Source: Candidatus Latescibacterota bacterium (GTDB lineage Bacteria; Latescibacterota; UBA2968; UBA8231). From it: a DNA stretch of 64,000 nt. The position numbers and the translations under genes are program-made. Below, piece after piece: positions 1 through 10,113 of the stretch. The stretch lies in contig OZ244561.1 of NCBI GenBank assembly GCA_965217585.1, positions 5,184,001 to 5,248,000 of the forward strand. The letters run 5' to 3'. Positions within the stretch are counted from its first letter, which is position 1, and every line of letters starts with the position of its first letter. The notes beneath the pieces are model-generated. The model saw only the letters and a program-made list of their open reading frames with translations, was not told the origin of the DNA and ran no database searches.

Positions 1-1022
1 GTTGGGGCTTTCAGTTCCAGTACCCGGGTTTTGTGGTGGCGATGAGTGCCTTGGTGTTCGCGTTGGCCCTAAGTCTTTTCGGCGTCTATGAAATTTTGCT
101 TCCGGGGACCAGTGGCTTGGGGGGCCTAGAGGGACGCGAGGGGTTGACGGGATCCTTTCTCAACGGCGTGCTGGCGACGATTCTGGCCACGCCCTGCACC
201 GCGCCCTTTTTGGGGACCGCGCTTGGGTTTGCCTTCGCCCAGCCGGCCGTCGTCGTCGTCGCGGTCTTTTTGGCGATTGGTGTAGGTATGGCGTTGCCGT
301 ATGTGGTGCTGGCGCTCGAGCCGGCGTGGATCGGGCGCTTGCCCAAGCCCGGCCCTTGGATGGTGCGGTTCAAGCAGCTAATGGGCTTTTTGCTAATGGC
401 CACGGTGCTGTGGTTACTCTGGGTCTTGGGCAATCAGGTCGGGGTCGAAGGCGTGGTGTGGACGGGGGCCTTTTTGCTGGGGCTGGGGCTGGCCTGCTGG
501 GTCTGGGGTCAGTGGGGCAGCTTCCAACATCCCAACCGTTCAAAGAGGGTGGCCCGAGTGGTGGCGCTGGTGCTGGTTTTGGGCAGCTATGTGATCTTTG
601 TCCATCCGCTGCTGGCTGCCGAGCAGACCTTGTCTGAGCAGACCACCGCGTCTGAACTAGACTGGCAGCCGTTTAGTGCCGCACGCGTGGAAGAGTTGGT
701 CGCGGGTGGGCAGATGGTTTTTATCGACTTTACGGCCGAGTGGTGCTGGACGTGCAAAGTCAACGAGCGGGCGGTGTTGGCGCAGCAAGTGGTACGCGAG
801 CGGTTTGCCGCACTCAATGTGGCCCTAGTCAAAGCCGATTGGACCAACCGCAATCCCGAGATCACGCAGCTCTTGCGCGCCTTTGGGCGCTCAGGGGTGC
901 CCCTGTACGTGATCTTTCCCGCCGGTCTTATCGACCAGCCACTGGTGTTGCCCGAGGTCATTACTCCAGAAATGGTCGTTGAAAAGCTAGACGCGGCCGC
1001 CGCGCTCACCAGCGACAACTGA
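1..1022 (+). CDS. dsbD: Thiol:disulfide interchange protein DsbD-like (C-terminal part; probably 5'-truncated by the window edge)
   Basis: Multi-TM region with TPCTAPFLG and LPKPGPWM, then a thioredoxin domain DFTAEWCWTCKVNE. Confidence 0.9.
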   Translation, partial: WGFQFQYPGFVVAMSALVFALALSLFGVYEILLPGTSGLGGLEGREGLTGSFLNGVLATILATPCTAPFLGTALGFAFAQPAVVVVAVFLAIGVGMALPYVVLALEPAWIGRLPKPGPWMVRFKQLMGFLLMATVLWLLWVLGNQVGVEGVVWTGAFLLGLGLACWVWGQWGSFQHPNRSKRVARVVALVLVLGSYVIFVHPLLAAEQTLSEQTTASELDWQPFSAARVEELVAGGQMVFIDFTAEWCWTCKVNERAVLAQQVVRERFAALNVALVKADWTNRNPEITQLLRAFGRSGVPLYVIFPAGLIDQPLVLPEVITPEMVVEKLDAAAALTSDN

Positions 1023-1029
1023 GGCTGCC

Positions 1030-1851
1030 GTGTTCTCGGTGGTCATTCCCGTGTACAACCGCCGCGCGTTAGTCGGCCGGGCGATCCGTTCGGTACTGGC
1101 ACAGCAGGGGGCGGACTTTGAAGTGATCGTGGTTGACGACGCCTCCGACGATGGTACGCCCGAGCAGGTGCGCGAGGAATTTGGCAGCGCAGTCAAAATA
1201 GTGATCTTGGCAGAAAACAGCGGTGTATCCGCCGCGCGCAATCGCGGGATCGCGGCGGCTGAGGGCGAGTGGATCGCCCTGCTCGACTCGGACGACGAGT
1301 GGCTGCCCAACAAACTCGCACGCCAAGCCGAGTCCCTGCACGAGAGCGGTCTATTGGTCTGCCACACCGACGAGATCTGGATCCGCAATGGCGTGCGGAT
1401 CAACCCCCACAAACACCACCAGAAATTCGGCGGCGACATTTTCTACAAAGCCTTGCCCTTGTGTGTTATGTCGCCTTCGTCGATTGCGATTCACCGCCGG
1501 GTCTTTGCGGACGTTGGTATGTTTGACGAAGGCCTGCCCGCCTGCGAGGACTACGAATTTTGGCTGCGGATTACCTGTCGCTATGAAGTGGTCTATTTGG
1601 CGGAGAAGCTCATCCGCAAATACGGCGGCCACGCCGATCAACTATCGCAAGCGCACTACGCGATGGATCGCTTCCGGGTGTACGCGCTCGACAAGCTGCT
1701 GCGCGAGGAGCCGCAGCTCGCACCGGAGCGCGTCGCGGCCGCGCGGGCCATGCTGTTGCGCAAGGCGCGAATTGTCTGGCGCGGAGCCGTCAAGCACGAC
1801 AACGCGGAATTGCAGCAGCAGATGGGCGACTACTTGGCGCGCTGGCAGTGA
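1030..1851 (+). CDS. Glycosyltransferase family 2
   Basis: SVVIPVYNR, VVDDASDD, NSGVSAARNRG, LLDSDD and ED(Y) GT-A motifs. Confidence 0.92.
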   Translation: MFSVVIPVYNRRALVGRAIRSVLAQQGADFEVIVVDDASDDGTPEQVREEFGSAVKIVILAENSGVSAARNRGIAAAEGEWIALLDSDDEWLPNKLARQAESLHESGLLVCHTDEIWIRNGVRINPHKHHQKFGGDIFYKALPLCVMSPSSIAIHRRVFADVGMFDEGLPACEDYEFWLRITCRYEVVYLAEKLIRKYGGHADQLSQAHYAMDRFRVYALDKLLREEPQLAPERVAAARAMLLRKARIVWRGAVKHDNAELQQQMGDYLARWQ

Positions 1852-2007
1852 TAGGTAGGTTGGAGCAGGCTTGGATGGTTGTACCGACACTTGGGTTTTA
1901 CGGCCTAAGATCTCTTAACAAAAGGTGGGTTTTCTCTCGCTAAGAGCGCCTGTGTTCCGAGGGAAGTGTGCTTGCGGGTTTTGCTAGTAGCTCTAAAATT
2001 AAAAAAT

Positions 2008-2040
2008 AAAACCCCCTAGTCCGCAGACTAGGGGGTTTTT
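2008..2040. terminator. Bidirectional intrinsic terminator
   Basis: aaaaccccctagtc-cgca-gactagggggtttt perfect stem with A/T tails, between convergent genes. Confidence 0.85.
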
Positions 2041-2060
2041 TGATCGTTCTGCAAAGCCTG

Positions 2061-2528
2061 TTATTCGCCGCGTTGCTTCTTGACTTCCCGCAGGCCCATG
2101 GAGCGGAGTTGGTCAAGTCCCGAGAGGTGCTTACTACGCGGTTTGGATGTGCCCGCTTCCCAGCGCAGAACGGTGTTGGTACTAACGTTGAGCAGTTCGC
2201 CGAGTTCGGCTTGGGAGAGCTTGAGGCGCTTGCGATGCTTCTTGATCGTATCCGGGGCGATCCGGATTTGTTTTTCCTTAGCGCCTTCGGGTGCTTTGCG
2301 GGCTTTGGCGGCGGCCGGTTTGGCGGCGGTCGGTTTGGTGGCAGCCGGCTTAGCGGCGACCGGTTTGGCAGCGGCCTTTGCCTTTACTGGGCCGATTTGC
2401 TTTTCCAAGCGAGCGAGTGCATCGCGCTGTTCGCGCACTGTTTTCTTCAGTTCGCGCACTTGGTCTTGCACTTCTTTGCGGGCGATCTTGCTGATCTCCT
2501 CTTTCAAAAGGGCTGCGAGATTAGGCAT
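2061..2528 (-). CDS. XRE-family HTH protein with N-terminal coiled coil and Ala/Lys/Pro repeat linker
   Basis: C-terminal RKRLKLSQAELGELLNVSTNTVLRWEAGTSKP; central (AAKP)-like repeats. Confidence 0.85.
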   Translation of the reverse strand: MPNLAALLKEEISKIARKEVQDQVRELKKTVREQRDALARLEKQIGPVKAKAAAKPVAAKPAATKPTAAKPAAAKARKAPEGAKEKQIRIAPDTIKKHRKRLKLSQAELGELLNVSTNTVLRWEAGTSKPRSKHLSGLDQLRSMGLREVKKQRGE

Positions 2529-3051
2529 AAAAGATCCTTTCGCCGTGAGTAAGTGTGTCTAATATAAAATAATTAAGAGAAAAATCTAATATTTAGCAAA
2601 TGCGTTTGAAATGGTATTGCGCGTCTAGCGGAAAGGTAGCAAAAGGGGATGGAGCAGACATTCTCTTCTGCTGTCTGTGAAATAGAGACGAGGCCCTCGT
2701 GCTGGTCCAAACAAAGAACAACCACAGGGGTTGTTCTTACACCTAAATTACTAGCGATTTTCTCTACGACATTTGACCCGATCAACTACGTAAAGTTTTG
2801 CGAAATTGGCGCGTTGGTTTGGCATGTCGTATAGGGGAAAACCTGCCACGGCAAAAGGGCGATCAAAAAGCGCGGGTCTATCTTATTCGCGCTTCTATTT
2901 TTGCGTGTTCGAATGGGATGAGAAGGCGCGTTTATATAGGGCGAAACGATGCAAGCGGGCGGGCGATTGCATCGGCACTAGCGCGAAAAAACGCCGACGG
3001 CATGCGACGAATTGCGCGCGTCAATGCAGCGTTTGCCAAGCGTTTTTTAGA

Positions 3052-4506
3052 CTAGGCGTTGTAAGCCGTCGATGCTGTCGTTCCCCCCCGCCCGGTCCAG
3101 TTGGTGTGGAAGAAGATGCCGCGCGGCTTGTCGGTGCGCTCATAAGTATGGGCACCGAAATAGTCGCGCTGGGCTTGGAGCAGATTGGCGGGCAGGCGGG
3201 CGGAGCGGTAGCCGTCGTAGTACGCGAGGGCGCTGGCAAAGGTCGGCACGGGTATGCCGAGGGTCGCAGCCGTGGCCACGACTCTGCGCCAAGAAGCTTG
3301 GGTTTGTGCAAGTGCTGCGCTGAAGTACGGCGCGAGCAACAGATTGGCCAGCGTTGGATCCGCGTCAAAGGCTTCCTTGATACGGCCCAAAAACTGGGCG
3401 CGAATGATGCAGCCGCCGCGCCACAGCAGGGCGATGCCGCCGTAGTTGAGTTCCCAGCTGTATTCGCGGGCGGCGAGGGAAAGCAACTGATAGCCTTGGG
3501 CGTAGGAGCAAATTTTGGCCGCGTACAGGGCTTGGCGGATGTCTTCGACGAAAGTGTCTTTGGCACCAGTAAACGAAGCGTCTGGGCCTCGGAGGACGCC
3601 GGCCGCAGCCACGCGCTCGTCCTTGAGGAAGGATAGGGCGCGGCTGAAGACCGCCTCGGTAATGGCAGTTACTGGAGCACCCAATTGCAGGGCGTCGATG
3701 CCGGTCCACTTGCCGGTGCCCTTTTGGCCGGCCGTGTCGAGTATTACATCGACCATCGGCTGGCCGGTCTCGTCGTCGGTTTTGGCGAGTATCTCGCCGG
3801 TGATCTCGATGAGGTAGCTGTCGAGTTCGCCCTCGTTCCACTGCTTGAAAATTTCGCTCTGGGCCTGCGGCTCAATACCGAGGGCCTCGCGCATTAGGGC
3901 GTATGCCTCGGCGATCATCTGCATGTCGCCGTACTCGATGCCGTTGTGGACCATTTTCACGTAGTGGCCGGCGCCGTCGCGGCCCACCCAATCGCAACAC
4001 GGGCTGCCGTCGGCGACTTTGGCGGCAATGGCTTGGAAGAGGTCTTTGATGTGGGGCCAGGCGGCGGGGTTGCCGCCGGGCATGATGCTCGGGCCTTTGA
4101 GCGCGCCCTCCTCGCCGCCGGAGACGCCAGTGCCCACGTAGAGCAGGCCTTTGGTCGCTAGCTCTTGGGTGCGGCGGGCCGTGTCTTGGTAGTTGGAGTT
4201 GCCGCCGTCGATGAGGATGTCGCCGCGGTCGAGCAGGGGCACTAGTTCGGCTATGACGCGGTCCACGGCTTGGCCGGCTTGCACCATCAGCATCACGCGG
4301 CGCGGCTTTTTGAGCTGGGCGAGCAGTTCGGCCGGCGCATGGGTGCCGATGATGGATTTGCCGCGGGCGCGGCCGTCTATAAAGGCATCGACCTTGGCGG
4401 TTGTGCGGTTGTAAACGGCAACGGTGAAACCGTGGCTAGCCATGTTGAGGACGAGGTTTTCGCCCATCACGGCTAGGCCGATTAGGCCGATGTCTGCTCG
4501 GCTCAT
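3052..4506 (-). CDS. gndA: 6-phosphogluconate dehydrogenase, decarboxylating
   Basis: IGLIGLAVMG, VSGGEEGA, VKMVHNGIEY, QAQRDYFGAHTY. Confidence 0.98.
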   Translation of the reverse strand: MSRADIGLIGLAVMGENLVLNMASHGFTVAVYNRTTAKVDAFIDGRARGKSIIGTHAPAELLAQLKKPRRVMLMVQAGQAVDRVIAELVPLLDRGDILIDGGNSNYQDTARRTQELATKGLLYVGTGVSGGEEGALKGPSIMPGGNPAAWPHIKDLFQAIAAKVADGSPCCDWVGRDGAGHYVKMVHNGIEYGDMQMIAEAYALMREALGIEPQAQSEIFKQWNEGELDSYLIEITGEILAKTDDETGQPMVDVILDTAGQKGTGKWTGIDALQLGAPVTAITEAVFSRALSFLKDERVAAAGVLRGPDASFTGAKDTFVEDIRQALYAAKICSYAQGYQLLSLAAREYSWELNYGGIALLWRGGCIIRAQFLGRIKEAFDADPTLANLLLAPYFSAALAQTQASWRRVVATAATLGIPVPTFASALAYYDGYRSARLPANLLQAQRDYFGAHTYERTDKPRGIFFHTNWTGRGGTTASTAYNA

Positions 4507-6197
4507 TGGACTTCTCCTGTGGGGTCGTTGTTCGGGTCTAGGGCGCGGCGCAATTGGGCAATGCCCGCGGCGATGTCCGCGCCTAGATGGATGCGGAGCA
4601 CGGTCCGTCCCTGATCGCCGAGGGCTTGGCGGTCGCCGAGGGCTTGGGCTTGGGCGAGGATGCCGAAAGTAATGCTAGAGTCCGAGGCCCCGGCGTCGTC
4701 GGGAATCGGCGCGTCCTCTGCTGAGTCGGCCGTTAGCTGAATAAAGAGTCCGTGTCCGGCGTCGCCCTTGTGCAGTTGGCCGGTCGAGTGCAGGAAACGC
4801 GGGCCAAAGCCAAGGGTCGTGGCTAGGCCGGTGTGTGTTAGTAGCTGGCGGCGCAAGTCTTGGAGGGCGGCGGTGGTCTCTGGGGTCGGCGGGAGGTGCG
4901 CTTGTAGGGCAATGTAGGCGCATCCTCGCTCGCCGCTTGCCAGAAAGTGCGCCAAGGCCTGTGGCAGGGTGGTGCCCTGCACTGGTCCGTATAGCGCGAG
5001 GCCATCGACGAGGTCGGGATCGGGGGCGGGCAACTCGCCGCGTTGCTGGTAGGCGGCCACCATCTGGCGGACCAGTACCTTGGCCGTCTCGACATCGGGC
5101 TGGTCGAAGGGATGGATGTCGAGGAAGAATCCGGCGATGGACGTGGCAATTTCCCAGTGCAGGAAGGCCGTGCCGAGATCGCCGGCGTCCGCTAGCTGGA
5201 GGCACAAGATCGGGTGCCCGGCCGCGGCAATAGCTTGGGCGCGGGCATCGGCTGTGTCGTCCAACCGCAGATAGACGAAAAGCCGATCATCCCCGTAGGT
5301 GTGGGCTGCGCATTCAGGCTCTAGATCGACCGGCAGCAGGCCCTTGCCGTCTTTGCCGGTGCTCTCGGCGATGAGTTGCTCGATCCAAGCGCCAGCCGCG
5401 CTGGCGGCTGGCGAAGCGATGAGGGTTAGCTTGTCGCGGCCGGCGAGGGCACCAGCACCGAGAAAGGCACCGAGTTGGATGCCCGGTTGCGGGTCGGCGA
5501 GGGCTTGCTCGGCCCGGTCGAGCAGACGGCCGAGATCCGCGCCAATGGCACCGGCCGCGACCAAGCCATAGTACGACAGGGCCGAGTAGCGCCCGCCGAT
5601 GTTGGGGTCGTTGCGGAAGATGTGGCGAAAGCCGAGACGTTGCGCGAGGGCTTCGAGGCCGCTGTCCGGGTCGGTGATGGCGGCGAAGTGCCGTCCGGCC
5701 TCCGCTGGCCCGAGGGCGTCCGCTGTGCGGTTGTAGAAGTACTTGAGTAAGGACAGCGTCTCTACGGTGCCGCCGGACTTGGTGGCCGGGAGAAATAGGG
5801 TGCGGGCTGGGTCGAGGGTGCGCGCCTTGGCCAAGACGGCGTCGGGCTGGGTGCTGTCGAGCACTGAGAGGTCGAGAAAGCCATCGGCCACGCCAAAGGT
5901 CGCGCGGAAGACTTCTGGCGCGAGGCTAGAGCCACCCATGCCCAACAGCAGGGCGTGGGTGTAGCCATCGGCGCGGACGGCGTCGATGAATTGGCGGATG
6001 GGATCGATCGCGTCCCGCATGACGCGCGGGCTGTCGAGCCACCCGAGTCGATTGGCAATCTCGGTTGGGTCGGGCCGCCAGACCGTGTGATCGCGCGCGA
6101 GAATCCGGTCATAGATGCGCTCGGCGGACAGGCGCTCGGCGGCTTGCTGCACCTGGGCACCGAAATCAGCCGAGGCCCGAAGGGCGGAAACCTGCAT
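4503..6197 (-). CDS. pgi: Glucose-6-phosphate isomerase (Tal/Pgi-type Pgi domain, standalone)
   Basis: GMGGSSL, TKSGGTVET, GGRYSAL, EQLIAESTGK, PFDQPDVE; 4-nt overlap with gnd. Confidence 0.9.
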   Translation of the reverse strand: MQVSALRASADFGAQVQQAAERLSAERIYDRILARDHTVWRPDPTEIANRLGWLDSPRVMRDAIDPIRQFIDAVRADGYTHALLLGMGGSSLAPEVFRATFGVADGFLDLSVLDSTQPDAVLAKARTLDPARTLFLPATKSGGTVETLSLLKYFYNRTADALGPAEAGRHFAAITDPDSGLEALAQRLGFRHIFRNDPNIGGRYSALSYYGLVAAGAIGADLGRLLDRAEQALADPQPGIQLGAFLGAGALAGRDKLTLIASPAASAAGAWIEQLIAESTGKDGKGLLPVDLEPECAAHTYGDDRLFVYLRLDDTADARAQAIAAAGHPILCLQLADAGDLGTAFLHWEIATSIAGFFLDIHPFDQPDVETAKVLVRQMVAAYQQRGELPAPDPDLVDGLALYGPVQGTTLPQALAHFLASGERGCAYIALQAHLPPTPETTAALQDLRRQLLTHTGLATTLGFGPRFLHSTGQLHKGDAGHGLFIQLTADSAEDAPIPDDAGASDSSITFGILAQAQALGDRQALGDQGRTVLRIHLGADIAAGIAQLRRALDPNNDPTGEVQ

Positions 6198-6298
6198 TGG
6201 ATGGTCCTACGTGATTTGTCTGCTGAGTTGGGAATAGTTAAAGAAAGTACGCGGTAAGGCGGAGAAGGCAAACGACGAGATTCAGCGGAAAGGACGCT

Positions 6299-6511
6299 AT
6301 GAAAGCGACACTCTACACAGACGACGGGGCGTATTTTGTCCGCTTGGGCAATGGTGTGGTAATCAGGTGGTGCCGAGCGGAAGAGGGATGGAACAAGAGC
6401 CGGGACGAGTTGCCTAGTGGGGCCACGCAGATCGACTTCGCGGACCTGCCGGAGGTCCTGCGCGAGGAGGTGCTGGCGGTTTTGGCGCGCGCCGCGGCTG
6501 TGTCGCGCTAG
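6299..6511 (+). CDS. Small hypothetical protein (70 aa)
   Basis: AAAGGA RBS upstream of ATG; fills the gap between pgi and addA; stop overlaps the addA stop. Confidence 0.6.
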   Translation: MKATLYTDDGAYFVRLGNGVVIRWCRAEEGWNKSRDELPSGATQIDFADLPEVLREEVLAVLARAAAVSR

Positions 6512-9500
6512 ACTTTGGCCGCAATGAGCTGGGCGACGAGGGCGACGAGGCGAGTGCGGGCCGCCGCTAGATCGGCTGGTGTGAAGCGCACGAGGTGCTT
6601 CTCGTCTAAGTCGGTGAAGTACAGCGTCGCGCGGTATTCGCCTTGGCCCGGGTGGAGGGCCTGTAAGCAGAGGGCGTACATTTCCAACTGCAGTCGGTAG
6701 TGCTGTACTGCCTCTTCTGTATTATCGCGGTGGCCGGTCTTGTAATCGACTAATTCCCACAGTCCGTCGGCCCCGCGTCCCATGTAATCGACTACTCCAT
6801 GTACTAAACCGCGGTCCAGCGAGAGCGTAAAGCGTACTTCGGTGCGGGTTTCCGCATGGGCGAGCCAGCGCGCGGCTAAGGGCGATTGGCGGCAGCGGCG
6901 CAATAGGGCGGCTAACTCGCGCTCGAACGAGGCGCGATAGGATGCTATGGGCAGGGTGGCGGCTGCGACGAGGTCGGCGGCGAGGGCCACGGGGTCGGCA
7001 TCTGGGCTGTTGCTTAGGGCCTCTAGACCTGAGTGGGCGAGTTGGCCAAAGAGCATGCCACGGCGACGGGGCGCATCTACTTGGCCGAGGGGCCACGGCG
7101 GCAGGCCCAGCGCGTACTGGCGATGGTGCGCGGCCGGATCTGCGGCGAAGAGGACCAACTCGCTGGCTGCAAATTCGGGCCGGTCTTGGGGATCGTCGAG
7201 CGGCGACAGTAGATCCAGCGCCGGTGCTGCTGCTTGCTGCGCGGGTGCGGCGTCGAGGGAGCGAAAGGCCGGATCGGCACTGCGGGCGGTGGTCGCGGGG
7301 GTTGGGAACGCACTGGGGTCGGTGTAGATGGGCAAGGGGGCCGGCACGCCCGCAACCGCCTTGGTGCCTCCGGCGAGGTCGGTCTCTGTCAGGGCTAAGC
7401 TTCCACAAATCCAACCGAGACAGTCCGCCGCCGCGTCGAGGTCGGTGGCGAAGTGCTTGTCGGTCAGCGCGCCGCCGAGCAGCAGGTGATCGCGGGCGCG
7501 GGTGCAGGCCACGTACAACAGGCGCTTCTCTTCGGCGCGCTGGCGACGGCTCGCGTTGCGATTGATGAGACTGCGAATAAAGGAGGAGGCCCTTTTATAA
7601 TCCTGCTCGGGATCGAGCGTGCGCAAGCCGATGCCCTTTTCTGCATCGATGAGCGCGGGGGTGCTGTTTTGAAAATTAAATCGCGCGGCCAAGTCGGGCA
7701 CGACGACGATGGGAAACTCCAAGCCCTTGGCCGCATGTACGGTCAGGATGTGCAAGGCGTCCGCTTCGAGAAGCGCTTCGCCTTCTTGTTCTTCTTCAGT
7801 AGTCAACAAGTCGAGGCGAACCACAAAATCGGCGAGGGGGCCGCGGAATTCGCGGGCGCGGTCGAGGAGCTTGCGCACGTTGGCCACAGCCTGCTCTCCG
7901 CGCTCGCCATAGCAGAGAAAGCCCCAGGCCCCAGTGTCTTCGAGGATGGTGTGCAGCAGCTCGACAAGGGGCACGCGGTCGCACAGCCCTTCCCAGTGCT
8001 GGAGCCGGGCGACGGCGTCTGCGGCGGCTTCTTGGTCCACAGGGGCGAGTTGCTGACGCCAACTGGCGTCCGCGAGGTGTTCCGCGAGCCGCCCGCCGTG
8101 GGGCGCGGTCAGCGCGTACAGGGCGTTGTCCGAGAGGCCGCAGTACGGCGAGCGCAATGCGCCCATCAGGGCGATGCCGTCGCCGGGGTTGCACAGGACG
8201 CGAAGGATATTGGCGAGGTCGTAGATTTCTTGGCGCTGGTAAAACCCCCGGCCGCCGGCCACTTGGAAGGGAATGCCGCAGGCCCGCAGCGCGTCTTCGT
8301 ACGCGAAGAGATTGCGGCGACGGCGCAGGAGCAAGGCGATGTCTCCGGGAACGGGCGGGCGCAAGCCCTCTTGGTCGGCGACCTGCAAGTCGTTGCCCGT
8401 TAGCAGGTGGCTCAGGCGGCGGGCCACCAACTCGGCTTCGCGTAGCGCGGCCTCCGTCGAGTCGCGGCTATCGTCGGGCGGCAAGAGCAAAAGCTCGACC
8501 GAACCCACGCCCGCGCTGGTGGGACGGCACCCGACGAGGGGGTCGTAGCCTACTTGAAAAGGCTCGTCTGGGACCGCCTGCATAAACTTGGGAAAGAGCG
8601 CGTTGACAAAGGCAATGGGCTGGGCGAGGGTGCGGAAGTTTTCGCCCATGACGAGGGTGCCGAGCCGCTGGGTGGGAGAGGCGTCTAGGACCTCGCCGTC
8701 GTCGCAAAAGGGCCGGGACTCGCGTTCGTGCGCGGCATTGGCCTCCGCAATGGCGTCGCGAACGCGGGCGAAGACGGTGACGTCGGCTGCGCGGAACGAG
8801 TAAATCGACTGCTTGGGGTCGCCGACGATGAAGAGCTTATCGCCGGACATTTGCCCGTCCGGTGACGCCAGCGAGCGGATGATTTCCCACTGCAAGGGAT
8901 CGGTGTCTTGGAATTCGTCGATCAGCGCGAAGCGATAGTGTTGGGCCAAGCGGTAGCGGATGTCCGCGTCGGCGGCGATGAGCTGGTGGCTTTTCTCTAG
9001 GAGATCGTCCATGTCCAGCATACTGCCGTTGCCTTTGCTGCTTTCGCAGCGCGCATCGGCGCGGAGGAAGACGCGCGACAGGGCGGGCAGCACTGCGGCG
9101 GCGCGCTCGTCGGCCGCACTAAGTTCGAGGCCGAGGAGATCGGCGTGCGGGACTAGGCAGCGCCCCAAGGCGGGCACGAGTTCGCGGACGCGGGCGAGCG
9201 CGGCTTCCTCCCAATTGGATTTCTTGCCCAGCCGGCTGCCACTTAGAGGTCTGCCGTTGGTCAAAAGCCCCTCGGCTAGGCGTGGGAGGATTTCTAGAGC
9301 CTCGTCGAGCGGGGGCGTTTGGCTCAGCCGGCGCATGGCGTCGCGGAGCGGGTTTAGTCGCCCGACGGCCGAGTCACTCGCGTCGGTCAAGGGTGCGAGC
9401 GCGGCAAGTTCCGCGAGCATCCCGGTGAAGTGGGTTTCTGCGAGTAGGGCGCGGCACGCGGGAGCGCAGGCCGTTTGCTGCATCCTGCGCCAGTCGCTGA

Positions 9501-10113
9501 GGATTTGGTCGGGCGACTGCTCGGCGTAGCGGCGGCACCACGAGCGGGCGAGATGCTTTTTTTCGAGCAGGTATTCCAATATCTGTTCGAGATAGCGGCG
9601 CGGCCATTCGGCCAAGGTGCGCCGCAGGGCTTCTTGGTCCGGGTTGGAGTCGCCCGCTCGGGCTAGGGACTCTAGGGTTTGGCGCACGGCTTGGTGGCGG
9701 AGTTGCGCGGCATCTACTCCCTCCAAGACCGCGAAGGCCGGGTCCACATCCGCTTCAATGGGATACTCGCGCAGCAGGGCCGCGCAGAAGGCGTGGATGG
9801 TGGAAATGCGCGCCGCGGGCAGGTCTGCGTGGATTTGCCGCAGACGCTGCCGCTCTGGCTCGGGTAGCTCTTGGTCGAGGGCGTCGGACAGCCGCCGGTC
9901 TATGCGCTCGCGCATTTCCGCCGCGGCCTTTTGGGTAAACGTGATGGCCAGCACTTGGCGCACGCCGATCTCGGGATGCAGGCGCAACAACTCGATGTAG
10001 CGCTCGACTAGCGTTGCGGTCTTGCCGGCACCGGCGCTGGCGGTGACCGCGATATTGCGCTGGCTGTCGAGGGCCATGCGCTGGACGGGAGTCAGGGGGA
10101 CGGCGCGCTTCAC
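6508..10113 (-). CDS. addA: AddA-like UvrD helicase-nuclease
   Basis: ASAGAGKT, IDEFQDT, VGDPKQSIYSFR, TVHAAKGLEF, YVACTRAR; C-terminal PD-(D/E)xK (GVVD...VDYKT). Confidence 0.93.
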   Translation of the reverse strand: MKRAVPLTPVQRMALDSQRNIAVTASAGAGKTATLVERYIELLRLHPEIGVRQVLAITFTQKAAAEMRERIDRRLSDALDQELPEPERQRLRQIHADLPAARISTIHAFCAALLREYPIEADVDPAFAVLEGVDAAQLRHQAVRQTLESLARAGDSNPDQEALRRTLAEWPRRYLEQILEYLLEKKHLARSWCRRYAEQSPDQILSDWRRMQQTACAPACRALLAETHFTGMLAELAALAPLTDASDSAVGRLNPLRDAMRRLSQTPPLDEALEILPRLAEGLLTNGRPLSGSRLGKKSNWEEAALARVRELVPALGRCLVPHADLLGLELSAADERAAAVLPALSRVFLRADARCESSKGNGSMLDMDDLLEKSHQLIAADADIRYRLAQHYRFALIDEFQDTDPLQWEIIRSLASPDGQMSGDKLFIVGDPKQSIYSFRAADVTVFARVRDAIAEANAAHERESRPFCDDGEVLDASPTQRLGTLVMGENFRTLAQPIAFVNALFPKFMQAVPDEPFQVGYDPLVGCRPTSAGVGSVELLLLPPDDSRDSTEAALREAELVARRLSHLLTGNDLQVADQEGLRPPVPGDIALLLRRRRNLFAYEDALRACGIPFQVAGGRGFYQRQEIYDLANILRVLCNPGDGIALMGALRSPYCGLSDNALYALTAPHGGRLAEHLADASWRQQLAPVDQEAAADAVARLQHWEGLCDRVPLVELLHTILEDTGAWGFLCYGERGEQAVANVRKLLDRAREFRGPLADFVVRLDLLTTEEEQEGEALLEADALHILTVHAAKGLEFPIVVVPDLAARFNFQNSTPALIDAEKGIGLRTLDPEQDYKRASSFIRSLINRNASRRQRAEEKRLLYVACTRARDHLLLGGALTDKHFATDLDAAADCLGWICGSLALTETDLAGGTKAVAGVPAPLPIYTDPSAFPTPATTARSADPAFRSLDAAPAQQAAAPALDLLSPLDDPQDRPEFAASELVLFAADPAAHHRQYALGLPPWPLGQVDAPRRRGMLFGQLAHSGLEALSNSPDADPVALAADLVAAATLPIASYRASFERELAALLRRCRQSPLAARWLAHAETRTEVRFTLSLDRGLVHGVVDYMGRGADGLWELVDYKTGHRDNTEEAVQHYRLQLEMYALCLQALHPGQGEYRATLYFTDLDEKHLVRFTPADLAAARTRLVALVAQLIAAKV

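Noticed and set aside
2806-3636. 276-aa + strand ORF and similar long antisense ORFs (7453-8403, 36448-37461, 57772-58797)
   Set aside because: Shadow ORFs opposite well-supported genes in GC-rich DNA; no motifs
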